Source of the DNA: a virus
Strand: one strand, 5' to 3'
Virus record (IMG/VR): IMGVR_UViG_3300047443_000115
Location: 27,589 to 91,588 of that record
Length of the DNA stretch: 64,000 bases
Shown: piece by piece, positions 1-9,561 of the stretch
How positions within the stretch are numbered: position 1 is the stretch's first letter
Layout of the letters: the number at the start of each line of letters is the position of its first letter
Notes under the pieces: generated by a model
The model's database searches: none
Told to the model about the DNA's origin: nothing
Seen by the model: the letters and a program-made list of their open reading frames with translations, nothing else
Position numbers and translations under genes: made by a program

Positions 1-569
1 CCGTACTCACGTCCGGCGAGGACGATGCACCGACTGCACGCGGGCGGGTTGACCACCCGGATATAGCCGTTGATCGTGCGGTTCCCCGCGATCGACACCC
101 CGGTGGCCGCCCTCCCGGCGTCCGTGACCTCCGACGCCGCCATGCGCAGCAACTGCTGCAGGCCCGTCATCATCGCCTCGACCTCATCGACGCCTGCCGC
201 GATGGCCGTCTTCGACGTGATGAGCGGCAGATCCAGCAGCGTGTCCAGCGACCGACCATCAGCAGCAAGCCCAGCGAAGGCCTCTGGACGGACACGGCCC
301 GCGGGATCCGAACTCAGACCCCGTGCCGCGATGATGGACTCGACGTAGGCGTCTGCGGCTGCCGCCGTAGCCAACTGGCCGGCGGTCACCGTGCGGACCA
401 CCTCCGGGCCGATGTAGATGGCCCACGAACGGCTCAGATCGCGGCGGTCGATCTCCCGCCACAACTGCTGAACCCGGTCCGCCACCCGGCGGGCATGCGA
501 CTGCTGAGCCACATAGAAGGCGTTCGCGAGCTCCTCGGCCGACAAATCCCGCACCGACCCCGTGGCCAT
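1..569 (-). CDS. Head morphogenesis / minor capsid (MuF-like) protein, 3'-truncated by window edge
   Basis: ATG overlaps portal stop (TGATG); translation MATGSVRDLSAEELANAFY...GYIRVVNPPACSRCIVLAGREY; position immediately after portal. Confidence 0.75.
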   Translation of the reverse strand, partial: MATGSVRDLSAEELANAFYVAQQSHARRVADRVQQLWREIDRRDLSRSWAIYIGPEVVRTVTAGQLATAAAADAYVESIIAARGLSSDPAGRVRPEAFAGLAADGRSLDTLLDLPLITSKTAIAAGVDEVEAMMTGLQQLLRMAASEVTDAGRAATGVSIAGNRTINGYIRVVNPPACSRCIVLAGREY

Positions 570-2002
570 CAGGCCACCTCCGCGGGTTCGGGATCAGCCT
601 CAGGCATGACGGGATCGGGCGGAGGCTTCGGGCCCGCCTCCAGCGCCGAGAAGTCGCCCGCCATGATGCGCTGCATCGCGTCCTGCGCGGCGGCCTCGTC
701 CTCTTCCTCCATGCGCTCGATCTGCGCCTGCGTGTACCGCAGGTCTTCGCGCGTCTGCCGGAGAGGCACGATCTTCGCCTGGAACTTCTTCACCGAAGCG
801 TCCGCGACCTGCGCCACCGTCGGAGTTGAAGCGTCCCGCCAGATCGTCTCCAGTGACCGGGCCGCCGGATCCCACTCGCCATCCTTCACTCGCAGCACAA
901 GCCGCATGACGCGCTCCCACGAGCCGCCCCACGCCCGCTGCTTCCGCTCCGCGCGCTTCACCAGGCGGGTCTCGCTACTGCGGATCGCATCCGCCGAGGC
1001 CGGGTTCTGGGTGCTGTAGCCCAGGAACTGCGGAGGTAGACCGGACAGGCTGGAGACCAGCTGCGCGAGCTGATTCAGCGTGCTGTGGAAGTTGCTGAGC
1101 GACGCTTCCGGGAACTGGACGACATCCGCGCCATCCTGCTTGGAGCGCTCCGTCGCCCACATCCGGCCGATGATCCGGCTGAACGCCGACACCCGACGGC
1201 CGGACTCATCGACGAAGTCCTCCTCGCCGAAGCCGAACGCCACGCGCCGCGGCGTTGCGTGATACTCGGCGCTGACCATCATGTCCGTTGCGATCTTGCA
1301 GGCCGCGTCGGACAGTGGGATGACGTCCTGGAGCTCCGACACACCGCCCGGACACTTCAGGCGCGGCCGGTTCGGCAGCACCTCGACCAGAACCTCGCCC
1401 GTCTCGTGCTCATCCCTCGGATACTCCGGATCCTCGACCCAATGACCCGACTCCTTCACCCACCACACCGTGGCGTCCGGCAGGTACAGCGTCGCGTGAT
1501 CGACCTTCCGGCCCTCGTCGCCGTCCTCCTGCCAGCGCTTCACCGCAGCCGCCACCCGACGCGTCCGAGGATCGAACTCCGCGAACATGTCCAAGGCGCT
1601 CTCGACGGTGATCAGCGGCGTCGAGTCGTCATCCTCGTTCGCGCCCACCACGATGTACGAGCGCCGCATCGCCAGGGCATCCAGGTGCCCCATCTGCGAC
1701 TGCTCGTCCATGTCATTGGCCTGCCAGATCCGCCAGAGCTCGTCATCGGCGTCCGCCACGCCGGGGAAACGGAAGCCCTCCACGTCCAGGCGCTCCTCGA
1801 TGCTGTCGACGATCAGGCGCGGCCAGTTGATGACGACCTGGCGAACCGTCTCCTGCAACTCCACCTGAAGCTCCGGCGCCATGTACGACAGCGGCTGAGA
1901 GCCCTCGTAGTAGGAGTTCAGGCGCTTGAGCTCGTTCAACTCCTTGTCGTGGCACGAGATCAGGTGAGTCAGCCACTGCAGCTCGGAGCGCTCCACAGGC
2001 AC
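569..2002 (-). CDS. Phage portal protein (SPP1 gp6-like)
   Basis: 477 aa; motifs YYEG, NWPRLIVDSIEERL, NPASADAI; follows terminase. Confidence 0.93.
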   Translation of the reverse strand: MPVERSELQWLTHLISCHDKELNELKRLNSYYEGSQPLSYMAPELQVELQETVRQVVINWPRLIVDSIEERLDVEGFRFPGVADADDELWRIWQANDMDEQSQMGHLDALAMRRSYIVVGANEDDDSTPLITVESALDMFAEFDPRTRRVAAAVKRWQEDGDEGRKVDHATLYLPDATVWWVKESGHWVEDPEYPRDEHETGEVLVEVLPNRPRLKCPGGVSELQDVIPLSDAACKIATDMMVSAEYHATPRRVAFGFGEEDFVDESGRRVSAFSRIIGRMWATERSKQDGADVVQFPEASLSNFHSTLNQLAQLVSSLSGLPPQFLGYSTQNPASADAIRSSETRLVKRAERKQRAWGGSWERVMRLVLRVKDGEWDPAARSLETIWRDASTPTVAQVADASVKKFQAKIVPLRQTREDLRYTQAQIERMEEEDEAAAQDAMQRIMAGDFSALEAGPKPPPDPVMPEADPEPAEVA

Positions 2003-2006
2003 CCCC

Positions 2007-3626
2007 TCACCGCATGACGATCATCTTGGACTTCTTCTTGGGACGGGCCAGGCCGGCGGCCGTCGCATCCCCAGCGGCCTCATGGGCGAGGATGCTCGGG
2101 ATCGCAGCGTCGATCTTCTGAGACGGGCTCGCCTTGCCGAGCACATACCGGCCGCCGACACGGGCCGCCTTACGGGCGTTCCGGACGTGCGCGGCCGTGA
2201 TCACACAGCCGTCATGCCGGAACACCGACTCCGTCTTCGTGACGTCCGTTAGCAGTCGCTCCGCCGCCGCATGCATCTGCACCGTGCGGTACGTGTACCA
2301 GCGCACGACGCGCTTTTCGCCGTGTCGGTCCGCCCATCCGTCGACCTCCGACTCCCAGTACGGCGGATCGCAGTACATGCGCAGCACGTCGAAACGCGCG
2401 AACACCTCGTCGACCGCCGCGGCCACTTCAAGGCGAGGCACCTGGCCGCCGTAGTCCGCCGGATTCCAGATTGTCGGCAACTCATCCGGGCCGAATGTCG
2501 GCGTGAACTGGTAGCCGTCCAGCGTCTCCAGGCGGAGCGCTGTCCAGTCATCAACGTCCGAGCCGTCGAAGCCGGCCACGACCGTCGTGCCGTCCGGGAC
2601 CTCGCGGAACTCCGCGAGGGTGTCCCAGGCGTCGCCGTTCATCCAAGACCCGGCGCCGTACACGATGCGGTTCCCGAAGAATCGCTCCGCCTGCTCCGGA
2701 TCCTTCTCCAGTAGCTCGGCAGCCTCCGCCTCGATCGCATCCAGGTCGACGTGCGTCGAGCCCATGTAGACATGCCGGTGGATCTTCCGCCGGTCCGTCT
2801 TGTTCGTGTACTTCAGCGACGCCGGCGGCACCCGGTGGAACCGGAAGATGTCCTTGACCTTCGCCTCGGACGTGGCCTGCGCGACGCTGTTCTCCGACGG
2901 GTTCCACGCATTCGTGGTCTCCATCGTGCGGCCACCCATACCGGCGGCGCCGCGGCGCTGGGTCGTGGCAACCCGGTCCATCTTGTTCGCCGGAGTCCAC
3001 AGTTGGGTCTCATCCTGAAGGACGAACGTCACCGGGTTACCCAGGCGGGACTGCGCGCTGCTGGTGACGACGTCGATGCGGCCGTCATTCGGAAGGCGAA
3101 TGAACTGCTCCCCGACCCGCATCAGCTCACCCAACGGGCCGGTTCGGATCATCGCCTGCAGAGGCCGGTAGACGTTGTCGGTCTGCTCCTCCGAGAACGC
3201 CGTGATCTGCACCAGCGGCGTCGGCCACGGAATCGCCATCGGCTCTCCCGGTGAGTACTCGTACACCCACCCGCAGCCGCAACCATGATCGCGGCAGTCG
3301 TACACCTCGCCGCCAACCGCCCAGCCGTCAAAGACCGCTGGTCCAACGCCCTCATTCGCACAGACCGCCGCAGTCCACGGACCTTTCCCCGTCTTCTGAG
3401 GAGCAACACACTGGGACCGGCGGTAGAAGAACGCCGGCGCCAACTGGCCCACCGTCGCAGTTGGCTTCACGCGGTAGAAGTTCGCCGTGCACCACAACTG
3501 CCAGTCGTACATCTGGAACGGCTCACCCTTGCGGAAGCCATCCGGAATGCGGCAATGCTCCTCGATCCAGTCGCAAGCCACCCACAGCGTCGGAAAGTCG
3601 ACGACGAACTCGCTACTCTTCTCCAT
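2007..3626 (-). CDS. terL: Terminase large subunit
   Basis: 539 aa; Walker A PQKTGKG, Walker B VLQDE, nuclease GFDGS...DDWTAL, C-terminal KIDAAI. Confidence 0.93.
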   Translation of the reverse strand: MEKSSEFVVDFPTLWVACDWIEEHCRIPDGFRKGEPFQMYDWQLWCTANFYRVKPTATVGQLAPAFFYRRSQCVAPQKTGKGPWTAAVCANEGVGPAVFDGWAVGGEVYDCRDHGCGCGWVYEYSPGEPMAIPWPTPLVQITAFSEEQTDNVYRPLQAMIRTGPLGELMRVGEQFIRLPNDGRIDVVTSSAQSRLGNPVTFVLQDETQLWTPANKMDRVATTQRRGAAGMGGRTMETTNAWNPSENSVAQATSEAKVKDIFRFHRVPPASLKYTNKTDRRKIHRHVYMGSTHVDLDAIEAEAAELLEKDPEQAERFFGNRIVYGAGSWMNGDAWDTLAEFREVPDGTTVVAGFDGSDVDDWTALRLETLDGYQFTPTFGPDELPTIWNPADYGGQVPRLEVAAAVDEVFARFDVLRMYCDPPYWESEVDGWADRHGEKRVVRWYTYRTVQMHAAAERLLTDVTKTESVFRHDGCVITAAHVRNARKAARVGGRYVLGKASPSQKIDAAIPSILAHEAAGDATAAGLARPKKKSKMIVMR

Positions 3627-4080
3627 CGCCCGGGACGACCTTCAACCGCGACCGCGCCGACGACCGCACCGGCGCCGAACGGCCAGCAGCAGGCCGGGCC
3701 GGGGCCTCCTCCGCGGTGATGCGCCACCGGTTCGCCCGCATTCCCGGAGTCGTCAGGCCGAGAGAGTCGGCCATCTGCCGCACCAGCGTCGACAAGTTCA
3801 CCCGGGAATCCATCAGCTCAGCCTCCGAGAGCCGGCGCACGTACAGCGCCACCTCGATCTCCTGGCCGAACCGCTCCCACATCAGCGCCTGCGGCATCCG
3901 CCACAACCGCTCCCACAGCTCGTCCTCGCGGACACTCTGGTCTGTCAACGGCCATACGGGCATTGCACCCTGGCGGCCCTCCGCAGGCAGAATCGTCCAC
4001 TCGCCGGCATCCCGCTCACGCCGAAGCGCATTCGGATCAGGGGCAGGACCAGAACGTGCGCGTGCTCCACCCTTCGGCAT
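3613..4080 (-). CDS. terS: Terminase small subunit
   Basis: MPKGGARARSGPAPDP start, LGLTTPGM motif, overlaps terL start. Confidence 0.85.
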   Translation of the reverse strand: MPKGGARARSGPAPDPNALRRERDAGEWTILPAEGRQGAMPVWPLTDQSVREDELWERLWRMPQALMWERFGQEIEVALYVRRLSEAELMDSRVNLSTLVRQMADSLGLTTPGMRANRWRITAEEAPARPAAGRSAPVRSSARSRLKVVPGDGEE

Positions 4081-4134
4081 ATCGCTCTCCTCGGATCGCG
4101 CCATTGCGGCGCAAGCGACGGCCGGGCATTGCGC

Positions 4135-4920
4135 TCAGCCGATCAGGAGCAACTGCTCCCCACCGCCCCGATTCCCCTTGGCGCTGTTGCAGCCCAAGTG
4201 AGCGAGGCGGACGTTTGAAGGATCGTGCGCTCCGCCTTTCGACAAGGGCACGACGTGATCCAGGCTCGCGCTCCGCACATGGGGCCACGCGATCTTCTTG
4301 CCGACCCGGGTTTTACAGATGTGGCAGCGCCAGTGATCCCGATCAGCTATCCAAGCCAGAATCACAGGCTCGCCAGTAGAGGCGGCCACCTTCTGTGCCC
4401 GGCGGCGGTGGTACTGGTCGCGGCGGGCATCGGTCCACGGTCCAGGCTTCTGCCGGCCATCAGCGCGGGACTCACGGTTGTACAGCAGCTTGCCGTGCTT
4501 CTCCGAGCAGCAGCGCTGGCGCTCGCTCTTCGGCTGGAACTCCAGGCCGCAGCCGGGGAGGGCGCAGGCGCGAAGCGGAAGAGGGAGCGCACGGATTGCG
4601 CCGGAGTTGATCGCCCAGCACCGCGCAGAGCAAAACTCCGACTTCCGAGGCTCGCACAGATCCACCGAGCACGTTCTACAACTGACGGGGCGCTCGGGGA
4701 GTCGATGCCGATCGCGGCATTCCACCGAGCAGAACAGCGACTTCAGCGACAGCTGATCAATCTCAACCTGGCAGTACCGGCACCATCGGAAGAGCCTGAC
4801 GAAGTCATTCGGGTGCAGCCTGGCGAAGTTCTTGCAACTCCGACTGCACCAGTCGTAGCGCCCGAAGGGGAGTGGGGCTACGCACCCACGGCAAGAAGCT
4901 TTGAGGTAGGAAAGATCCAT
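4135..4920 (-). CDS. HNH endonuclease with several N-terminal CxxC...(F/W)CSxxC zinc-binding repeats
   Basis: C-terminal RDHWRCHIC...SLDHVVPLSKGGAHDPSNVRLAHLGCN; four Cys-rich repeats upstream. Confidence 0.85.
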   Translation of the reverse strand: MDLSYLKASCRGCVAPLPFGRYDWCSRSCKNFARLHPNDFVRLFRWCRYCQVEIDQLSLKSLFCSVECRDRHRLPERPVSCRTCSVDLCEPRKSEFCSARCWAINSGAIRALPLPLRACALPGCGLEFQPKSERQRCCSEKHGKLLYNRESRADGRQKPGPWTDARRDQYHRRRAQKVAASTGEPVILAWIADRDHWRCHICKTRVGKKIAWPHVRSASLDHVVPLSKGGAHDPSNVRLAHLGCNSAKGNRGGGEQLLLIG

Positions 4921-5059
4921 CAGATCTCCAGATGAGCGAGGCCCCTCGGCGTCTGGAGTCGCCAGCGGGGCCTCTGACCCAAGGGAGCTACCCTCGGGAT
5001 GGTTACGGATGGTAGCAGTCTACCGGATCCGCAAGTTGATCATGAAGTTTAGAACCCTC

Positions 5060-5135
5060 CTGACCTGGCAGCCACCTCCCCGGCGGTCCTTCGGCCGCCG
5101 GCCTGCAGGGCATAGCCCCGCCCCCTCAGCCGCCC
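5060..5135 (-). other. Candidate cos/packaging-site region
   Basis: G-rich non-coding stretch (minus strand GGACCGCCGGGGAGGTGGCTGCCAGG) between the packaging-type HNH cluster and terS; positional inference only. Confidence 0.35.
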
Positions 5136-5139
5136 GCCG

Positions 5140-5448
5140 TCACCCTTGGTGACCGTCGGCGCCGCTGTTCGTCTCGGCCGGCGGGAGCTTGAGCTCGACC
5201 ACCAGCGGCACGGTCCGCTCTTCGCTCCACGCCTGACCGTCGTGGTCGGGGTCGACGAGCCGGCTGCCATCTTCGGTGGTCTTGTACTGCTGGTATCGGA
5301 TGACGGTCTGGTCGTCGTCTCGTTCGATGCTGAGCCAGTGGTCGACGACGTGCTTGGGGTCGACGTCGTTGGCCTGGAGCCAGTCGCAGAGGGCTTCGCG
5401 GTGCTGTTCGATCTCAGCTTTGCGAATGAGCCGGAGGACGACGGTCAC
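5140..5448 (-). CDS. Hypothetical phage protein
   Basis: Protein-like C-terminal part of the track ORF; GTG just after the upstream stop. Confidence 0.6.
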   Translation of the reverse strand: MTVVLRLIRKAEIEQHREALCDWLQANDVDPKHVVDHWLSIERDDDQTVIRYQQYKTTEDGSRLVDPDHDGQAWSEERTVPLVVELKLPPAETNSGADGHQG

Positions 5449-5450
5449 GG

Positions 5451-5681
5451 TCAGCGCCAGACGTAGAGCGCGTCGCCGTCCTGGTGCTGGTGCTCGTGGC
5501 CAGCCTCGCCGGGCTCCAGTTCCTGAGCGTCGAGCTGGCAGGTGACGTGTCCGGCGAGGACGGGCAGGAAGTGCGGTGCGCCGCAGCGCGGGCCTTCGAC
5601 GACTGTCTGCTCGTCGGCCTTCGGCTCGGGCTGGGCTGCCTGCTCGTCGACTGCGGGCTCCGGTTTGGCCTTGGCGGTCAT
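5451..5681 (-). CDS. Hypothetical protein
   Basis: 76 aa, ATGA-coupled to upstream gene. Confidence 0.6.
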   Translation of the reverse strand: MTAKAKPEPAVDEQAAQPEPKADEQTVVEGPRCGAPHFLPVLAGHVTCQLDAQELEPGEAGHEHQHQDGDALYVWR

Positions 5682-5947
5682 GCTGCCTCCTCGGGTGGTG
5701 TCCAGCCGAGTGCGATGAGGGCCTTGGCTGCGTGGTCGTTGACGATGACGCGGGCGGGCTGGAGTTCGGTGGCGTCGAGTTCGTGGATGACCGGGTCGAT
5801 CGCGAGCGTGGGTAGTTCACCAGGCGCGATGGTGAGGGTGGCGCCTCTCAGTCCGTGCGATAGGTCCACGCCGTCCACGATGACCTTGTGCCGGGTGTCG
5901 TTGCTGTTGATCTGCACGGCGTGGGTGCGGTGGCCGTCCTTGCTCAT
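5678..5947 (-). CDS. Hypothetical phage protein
   Basis: MSKDGHRTHAVQI...VIVDGVDLS; coupled junctions at both ends. Confidence 0.65.
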   Translation of the reverse strand: MSKDGHRTHAVQINSNDTRHKVIVDGVDLSHGLRGATLTIAPGELPTLAIDPVIHELDATELQPARVIVNDHAAKALIALGWTPPEEAA

Positions 5948-6183
5948 GCGCGAAGGCCTCCGGGCCTGGGTCGATGGTCGGGTCTTCCTCGGCATGAGGC
6001 GTTGTGGCGGCCGAGGAATCGGCAGGCGATGCGGCCGGTGTACGAGTAGGCGGCGTCGCGGGGTTCGGCGAGGATGTAGCGAACGGTGTAGGCGAAGGCC
6101 GATCGGCATTCGCTGCGACTCCGGTAGCGCGGTCGAAGGCGCCGCGTCTTTGCCGCCGCTCGTCGGGGCCGCGTCACGCTCAT
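5944..6183 (-). CDS. Hypothetical basic protein
   Basis: Fills the gap with ATGA overlaps at both ends. Confidence 0.5.
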   Translation of the reverse strand: MSVTRPRRAAAKTRRLRPRYRSRSECRSAFAYTVRYILAEPRDAAYSYTGRIACRFLGRHNASCRGRPDHRPRPGGLRA

Positions 6184-6575
6184 CGCCGGTTCCAGCCGCC
6201 GGCTTGTTCCGGGTTGGCCGCCGTCTCCTTGGAGTGGCAGGGACCGCACAGGCCGCGTCCGTACTGCGGGTCGTGTTCGTCGAGCCCGCGCGCCCGTAGC
6301 TCCCGCTTGTCGAGCGGCCAGTGGTCGGCGTGCTTGCTGGGCTGGCCACACGGCTCCGGGTGTCCGTGGCCTTCCTCGGCGCAGACGCACGTCGGGTCCT
6401 TGGCGAGGACGCCGGGGCGGAAGCGGGTGAGGTGTTGGCCGCCGTACCCGCGCTGCTTGGCGGTGCCGCGTTTGGCTTCGGCTTCGCGCCGGTGGTCTTC
6501 GCAGCGCCCACCCTGATCGGTGAACTCGGGGCAGCCTGGGGTCGAGCAGACTCGCCAGCCTGTTCGTCGGGTCAT
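6180..6575 (-). CDS. Packaging-associated HNH endonuclease
   Basis: CSTPGC...RGY...DPTCVC...ADHWP...LCGPCHSKET; typical HNH found upstream of terminase in cos phages. Confidence 0.8.
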   Translation of the reverse strand: MTRRTGWRVCSTPGCPEFTDQGGRCEDHRREAEAKRGTAKQRGYGGQHLTRFRPGVLAKDPTCVCAEEGHGHPEPCGQPSKHADHWPLDKRELRARGLDEHDPQYGRGLCGPCHSKETAANPEQAGGWNRR

Positions 6576-6772
6576 CGTCGTCGCTCCCGGTGCGTGGCGA
6601 TCGCTATGGCCGTGAAGAGCGCCCCGATGAGGCTGAAGGTGATGACGCCGGTCGGGGCCGTGGGATTGCCGCGAGCCCAGTCGATGGCGGCGACGATCGC
6701 CGTGGCCCAGGAGGCGGCGGCCAACAGTGCGATGACCTTGATCTCGCGGCTGTCGTTGCGCTCTCTGGCCAT
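6572..6772 (-). CDS. Small two-TM membrane protein
   Basis: Two hydrophobic segments; coupled to HNH start. Confidence 0.6.
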   Translation of the reverse strand: MARERNDSREIKVIALLAAASWATAIVAAIDWARGNPTAPTGVITFSLIGALFTAIAIATHRERRR

Positions 6773-6821
6773 CGCCTTCCCCTGTCCGTACCGTGTGCCA
6801 TTCGATGCGAGGGGGTTGGCT

Positions 6822-7046
6822 ATGCGGAGCGATGCTGCGCTGGGCGTGTTCGTGGTGGGTCTGGCTGTGCTGATGTTCGGCGTGATCACCGAGTTCACGG
6901 TCGTCTGGCTGGTGATCGGCGGCCTGTTGATGCTGGGCGCGGTGGCGGCGACGGCGCGGCAGCGGCGGACGGGGCCGGATCCGGAGGTGACGCTGCGGCC
7001 GGGCGGGAAGGATCGGCCGTGGCGGCGGGGGGGTGAGGACCGGTAG
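6822..7046 (+). CDS. Small membrane protein on the opposite strand
   Basis: MRSDAALGVFVVGLAVLMFG...; two TM segments. Confidence 0.6.
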   Translation: MRSDAALGVFVVGLAVLMFGVITEFTVVWLVIGGLLMLGAVAATARQRRTGPDPEVTLRPGGKDRPWRRGGEDR

Positions 7047-7047
7047 T

Positions 7048-7629
7048 TCAGGCTTGCTGCGCGAGCCACCGTCGGACGGTCTGGTTGTGCTTGGCGTCGG
7101 CGAGCGCGTTGTGCACGCCGTCCATCTGCTGCGGCAGATCGGCCAGGTCGACGCCGAGGCGTTCGATCTCCTGTTGCAGGTCGTGCGTCCACATAGGTAC
7201 TCCGACCGGGAGCCGCATCATCGAGCCCCAGAGTTGGCACAGGGCCACGTGGTCGTAGGCGCCGTAGTCGGCCCAGAGTTGCGGCGTGACGGCGTCCGTG
7301 GCCTGGATGAAGTCGCGTACCTCGTTCGCGATCACGAATCGGGGCTTGACCCGGCTGTCGGTGAGATCGGGGCCGAGCAGGTTGAGGGGCGGTCGAGGAT
7401 GGACGTTCGGGCTCTTCGCCAGGTACGTGTCCAGGGCCGCTCTGCCCGTGACCGGCAGGTGCGGCACGACGTTGCGCACAAGCCAGTCATTCTCCTTGAT
7501 GCGGTCCCAGGGGGCCTCGCTATTGACGGCGTAGTACTCGCGGCCGTCGTCGCACACCATGCCGATCGAGATCACCTCGATCGTGCGGCCGTCCTCCAGG
7601 AATTCCAGGTCGTAGTCGATGGCGGGCAA
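7048..7629 (-). CDS. DEDD 3'-5' exoribonuclease, RNase AS (Rv2179c)-like
   Basis: YDLEFLEDGRTIEVISIGMV, AYDHVALCQLWG, HNALADA motifs. Confidence 0.85.
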   Translation of the reverse strand: MPAIDYDLEFLEDGRTIEVISIGMVCDDGREYYAVNSEAPWDRIKENDWLVRNVVPHLPVTGRAALDTYLAKSPNVHPRPPLNLLGPDLTDSRVKPRFVIANEVRDFIQATDAVTPQLWADYGAYDHVALCQLWGSMMRLPVGVPMWTHDLQQEIERLGVDLADLPQQMDGVHNALADAKHNQTVRRWLAQQA

Positions 7630-7687
7630 GGTGCGGGCCCTCCATTCAGATCGCGTCGAGGACGCCTTCGGTGATGAGGATGGCGCG

Positions 7688-7867
7688 CTACTCCGCAGTC
7701 GACTGATCGTCGTTGGTCCAGGTGGGGTCGTCGCCCATGGCGGGCGACGTGTGGACGAGGTGGTCGCCTTGGTGGCGGCCGTTGGGGTCGTCGCTCCAGT
7801 GGACGCAGCGGAGTTCGAGCAGCTCTTCGTCGATGGTGACGGTGGTGGTGGCGGGGCAGCGGTTCAT
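7688..7867 (-). CDS. Hypothetical Cys/His protein
   Basis: GGAGG RBS before MNRCPA. Confidence 0.5.
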   Translation of the reverse strand: MNRCPATTTVTIDEELLELRCVHWSDDPNGRHQGDHLVHTSPAMGDDPTWTNDDQSTAE

Positions 7868-7887
7868 GGGCGGGACCTCCTCCGGTC

Positions 7888-9561
7888 TCATACGGCGACC
7901 CAGCCCCAGGCGGACCCGTCGAACATCGCTTCCAGGCGCAGTATCCCGCCGGAGGCCACATTCACGCTGGTGGCTCCGGGCAGCGCCGCCACGGTGATGG
8001 TCTGCGCCGTGCCGGTCGCGACGGCCAGCACGTTGGCGCCCATGTTGTGGAAGACGTACCGCACCGGGTTGAAGTCGGCGGCGGGCAGCGTGGCGGTGAA
8101 TCCTGCGCTGGTCGTGTCGCAGATCAGGGTTCGGTCGATCGGGGACGCAGTGAACGCCCCGGTCTTTCGCTTGATGGCCCGGGGCACCTGGCCGTTGCGC
8201 AGTTCGATCCCGCAGGGTCCGGATGTGCTCACCCCTGCCTCGGTGAACAGGCCAGTCAGGACGGCGTATCCCAGGGCGAACTTCACCGCGTTGGCGGAGT
8301 TACCGTCGATGTTCGGGGTGCTGGACTCCGTTGACAGCTGGTCCACGTGGATGGTCGGGCCCACGCCTTCCGACCCGGCACCGATGATGTACAGCTCATG
8401 GACGCATGCCTCCACCGAGGCGGAGATCACCTTCATTGCGTGTACGGAGCCGACGCTGCCGAAGTAGGTGCCCACGGCGCAGATGGCTGCCCAGCAGTAC
8501 AGCACCATGAGCCGGAGCATCACCCCGTGCTCAGTGAAGGCGATCGCGTAGGTGTAGCCGCCTCCGCACGAGATGTCCTCGGCGATGGAGTGGTCGTTGT
8601 TCCCCGGCGCCGGCATCAGTGCGCCGAAGCTCAGTCCGGTGCCGAACAGTCCTGGGGAGGTGTAGTCGGTGGACGGGGATGCCACGGTGCCCGCTGTGCC
8701 ATATCCGACGTGGGCGACGCGGGCGTTGGCGATCCCGTAGAAGTTGAACGCCCCGTAGGTGAGGCCGAAGGAGGAGTGCGTGGTGAGGATCGCCAGGTTC
8801 TCCAGCACGGCCATGGTGTTGCTGTAGGCGGCGGCCACGCCGTACCCGCTGCCCTCGTTGGGCCCGCAGATCACGCCGGGGTTCCCGGCTGCGTTGATGC
8901 TCGTAATCTGTGCGGCGGTGGACGCGTACACGCCGAAGCTGATGATGCAGGACCCGGCGAACTGGGGCACCACCTGCTGCCAGTGGCGGACGGCGGCCGC
9001 GCCGCTGCTCTGGCCCCGGAATTCCAGGATGCGCTTCACGCCCGTGGTGGCCTGGGGCCCGAAGACGATCTGCCCGTTGCCGGATTTGCTCGCGTTCAGT
9101 GCTCCGGCGACGATGAACGGCCGCGGGGGGAAGTAGACCTGCGCGTAGGTGTGGCCGGCGGCCAGGTAGGCCTCGGCGGCGTCGACCGCGGCCTGAATCG
9201 CGGCCTGGTCGTTGGTGCCCCAGATGACGACGGCATTGGACACGGCGCCGGCGGAGGCGTTCACCGCGTTGAGCGTGATCTGCGTGGAGCTCTGCCGGCT
9301 CGCGACGGTCGTGACGAGCGTGGTGACGCCGTTCGCTGCGGCGCCTTTCACCGAGATGGACTTGCCGACGATGTTCGTGGGCCAGTTGGCGGTTGCGCTG
9401 GTGAGGACCGCGACGCCGGACGACATTGCTCCGTCGCCGACGACTTGGGCGTCACCGACTGCCCCGTATGCCGGGGCGGTGACGTCGAACACCCAGGGCG
9501 TGCTCCGGCTGCCGCTGCTTCCGCCGCCGAGGAAGACCCGCTGCTGGGTCGCGGCCGTCAC
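7888..9561 (-). CDS. Tailspike-like / pectate-lyase-3-like beta-helix protein (possible depolymerase)
   Basis: FDVTAPAYGAVGD...NDQAAIQAAVDAA...VYFPP motif, Gly/Ala/Ser/Thr-rich body, C-terminal DTTSAGFTATLPAA fibre-type domain. Confidence 0.7.
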   Translation of the reverse strand: MTAATQQRVFLGGGSSGSRSTPWVFDVTAPAYGAVGDAQVVGDGAMSSGVAVLTSATANWPTNIVGKSISVKGAAANGVTTLVTTVASRQSSTQITLNAVNASAGAVSNAVVIWGTNDQAAIQAAVDAAEAYLAAGHTYAQVYFPPRPFIVAGALNASKSGNGQIVFGPQATTGVKRILEFRGQSSGAAAVRHWQQVVPQFAGSCIISFGVYASTAAQITSINAAGNPGVICGPNEGSGYGVAAAYSNTMAVLENLAILTTHSSFGLTYGAFNFYGIANARVAHVGYGTAGTVASPSTDYTSPGLFGTGLSFGALMPAPGNNDHSIAEDISCGGGYTYAIAFTEHGVMLRLMVLYCWAAICAVGTYFGSVGSVHAMKVISASVEACVHELYIIGAGSEGVGPTIHVDQLSTESSTPNIDGNSANAVKFALGYAVLTGLFTEAGVSTSGPCGIELRNGQVPRAIKRKTGAFTASPIDRTLICDTTSAGFTATLPAADFNPVRYVFHNMGANVLAVATGTAQTITVAALPGATSVNVASGGILRLEAMFDGSAWGWVAV

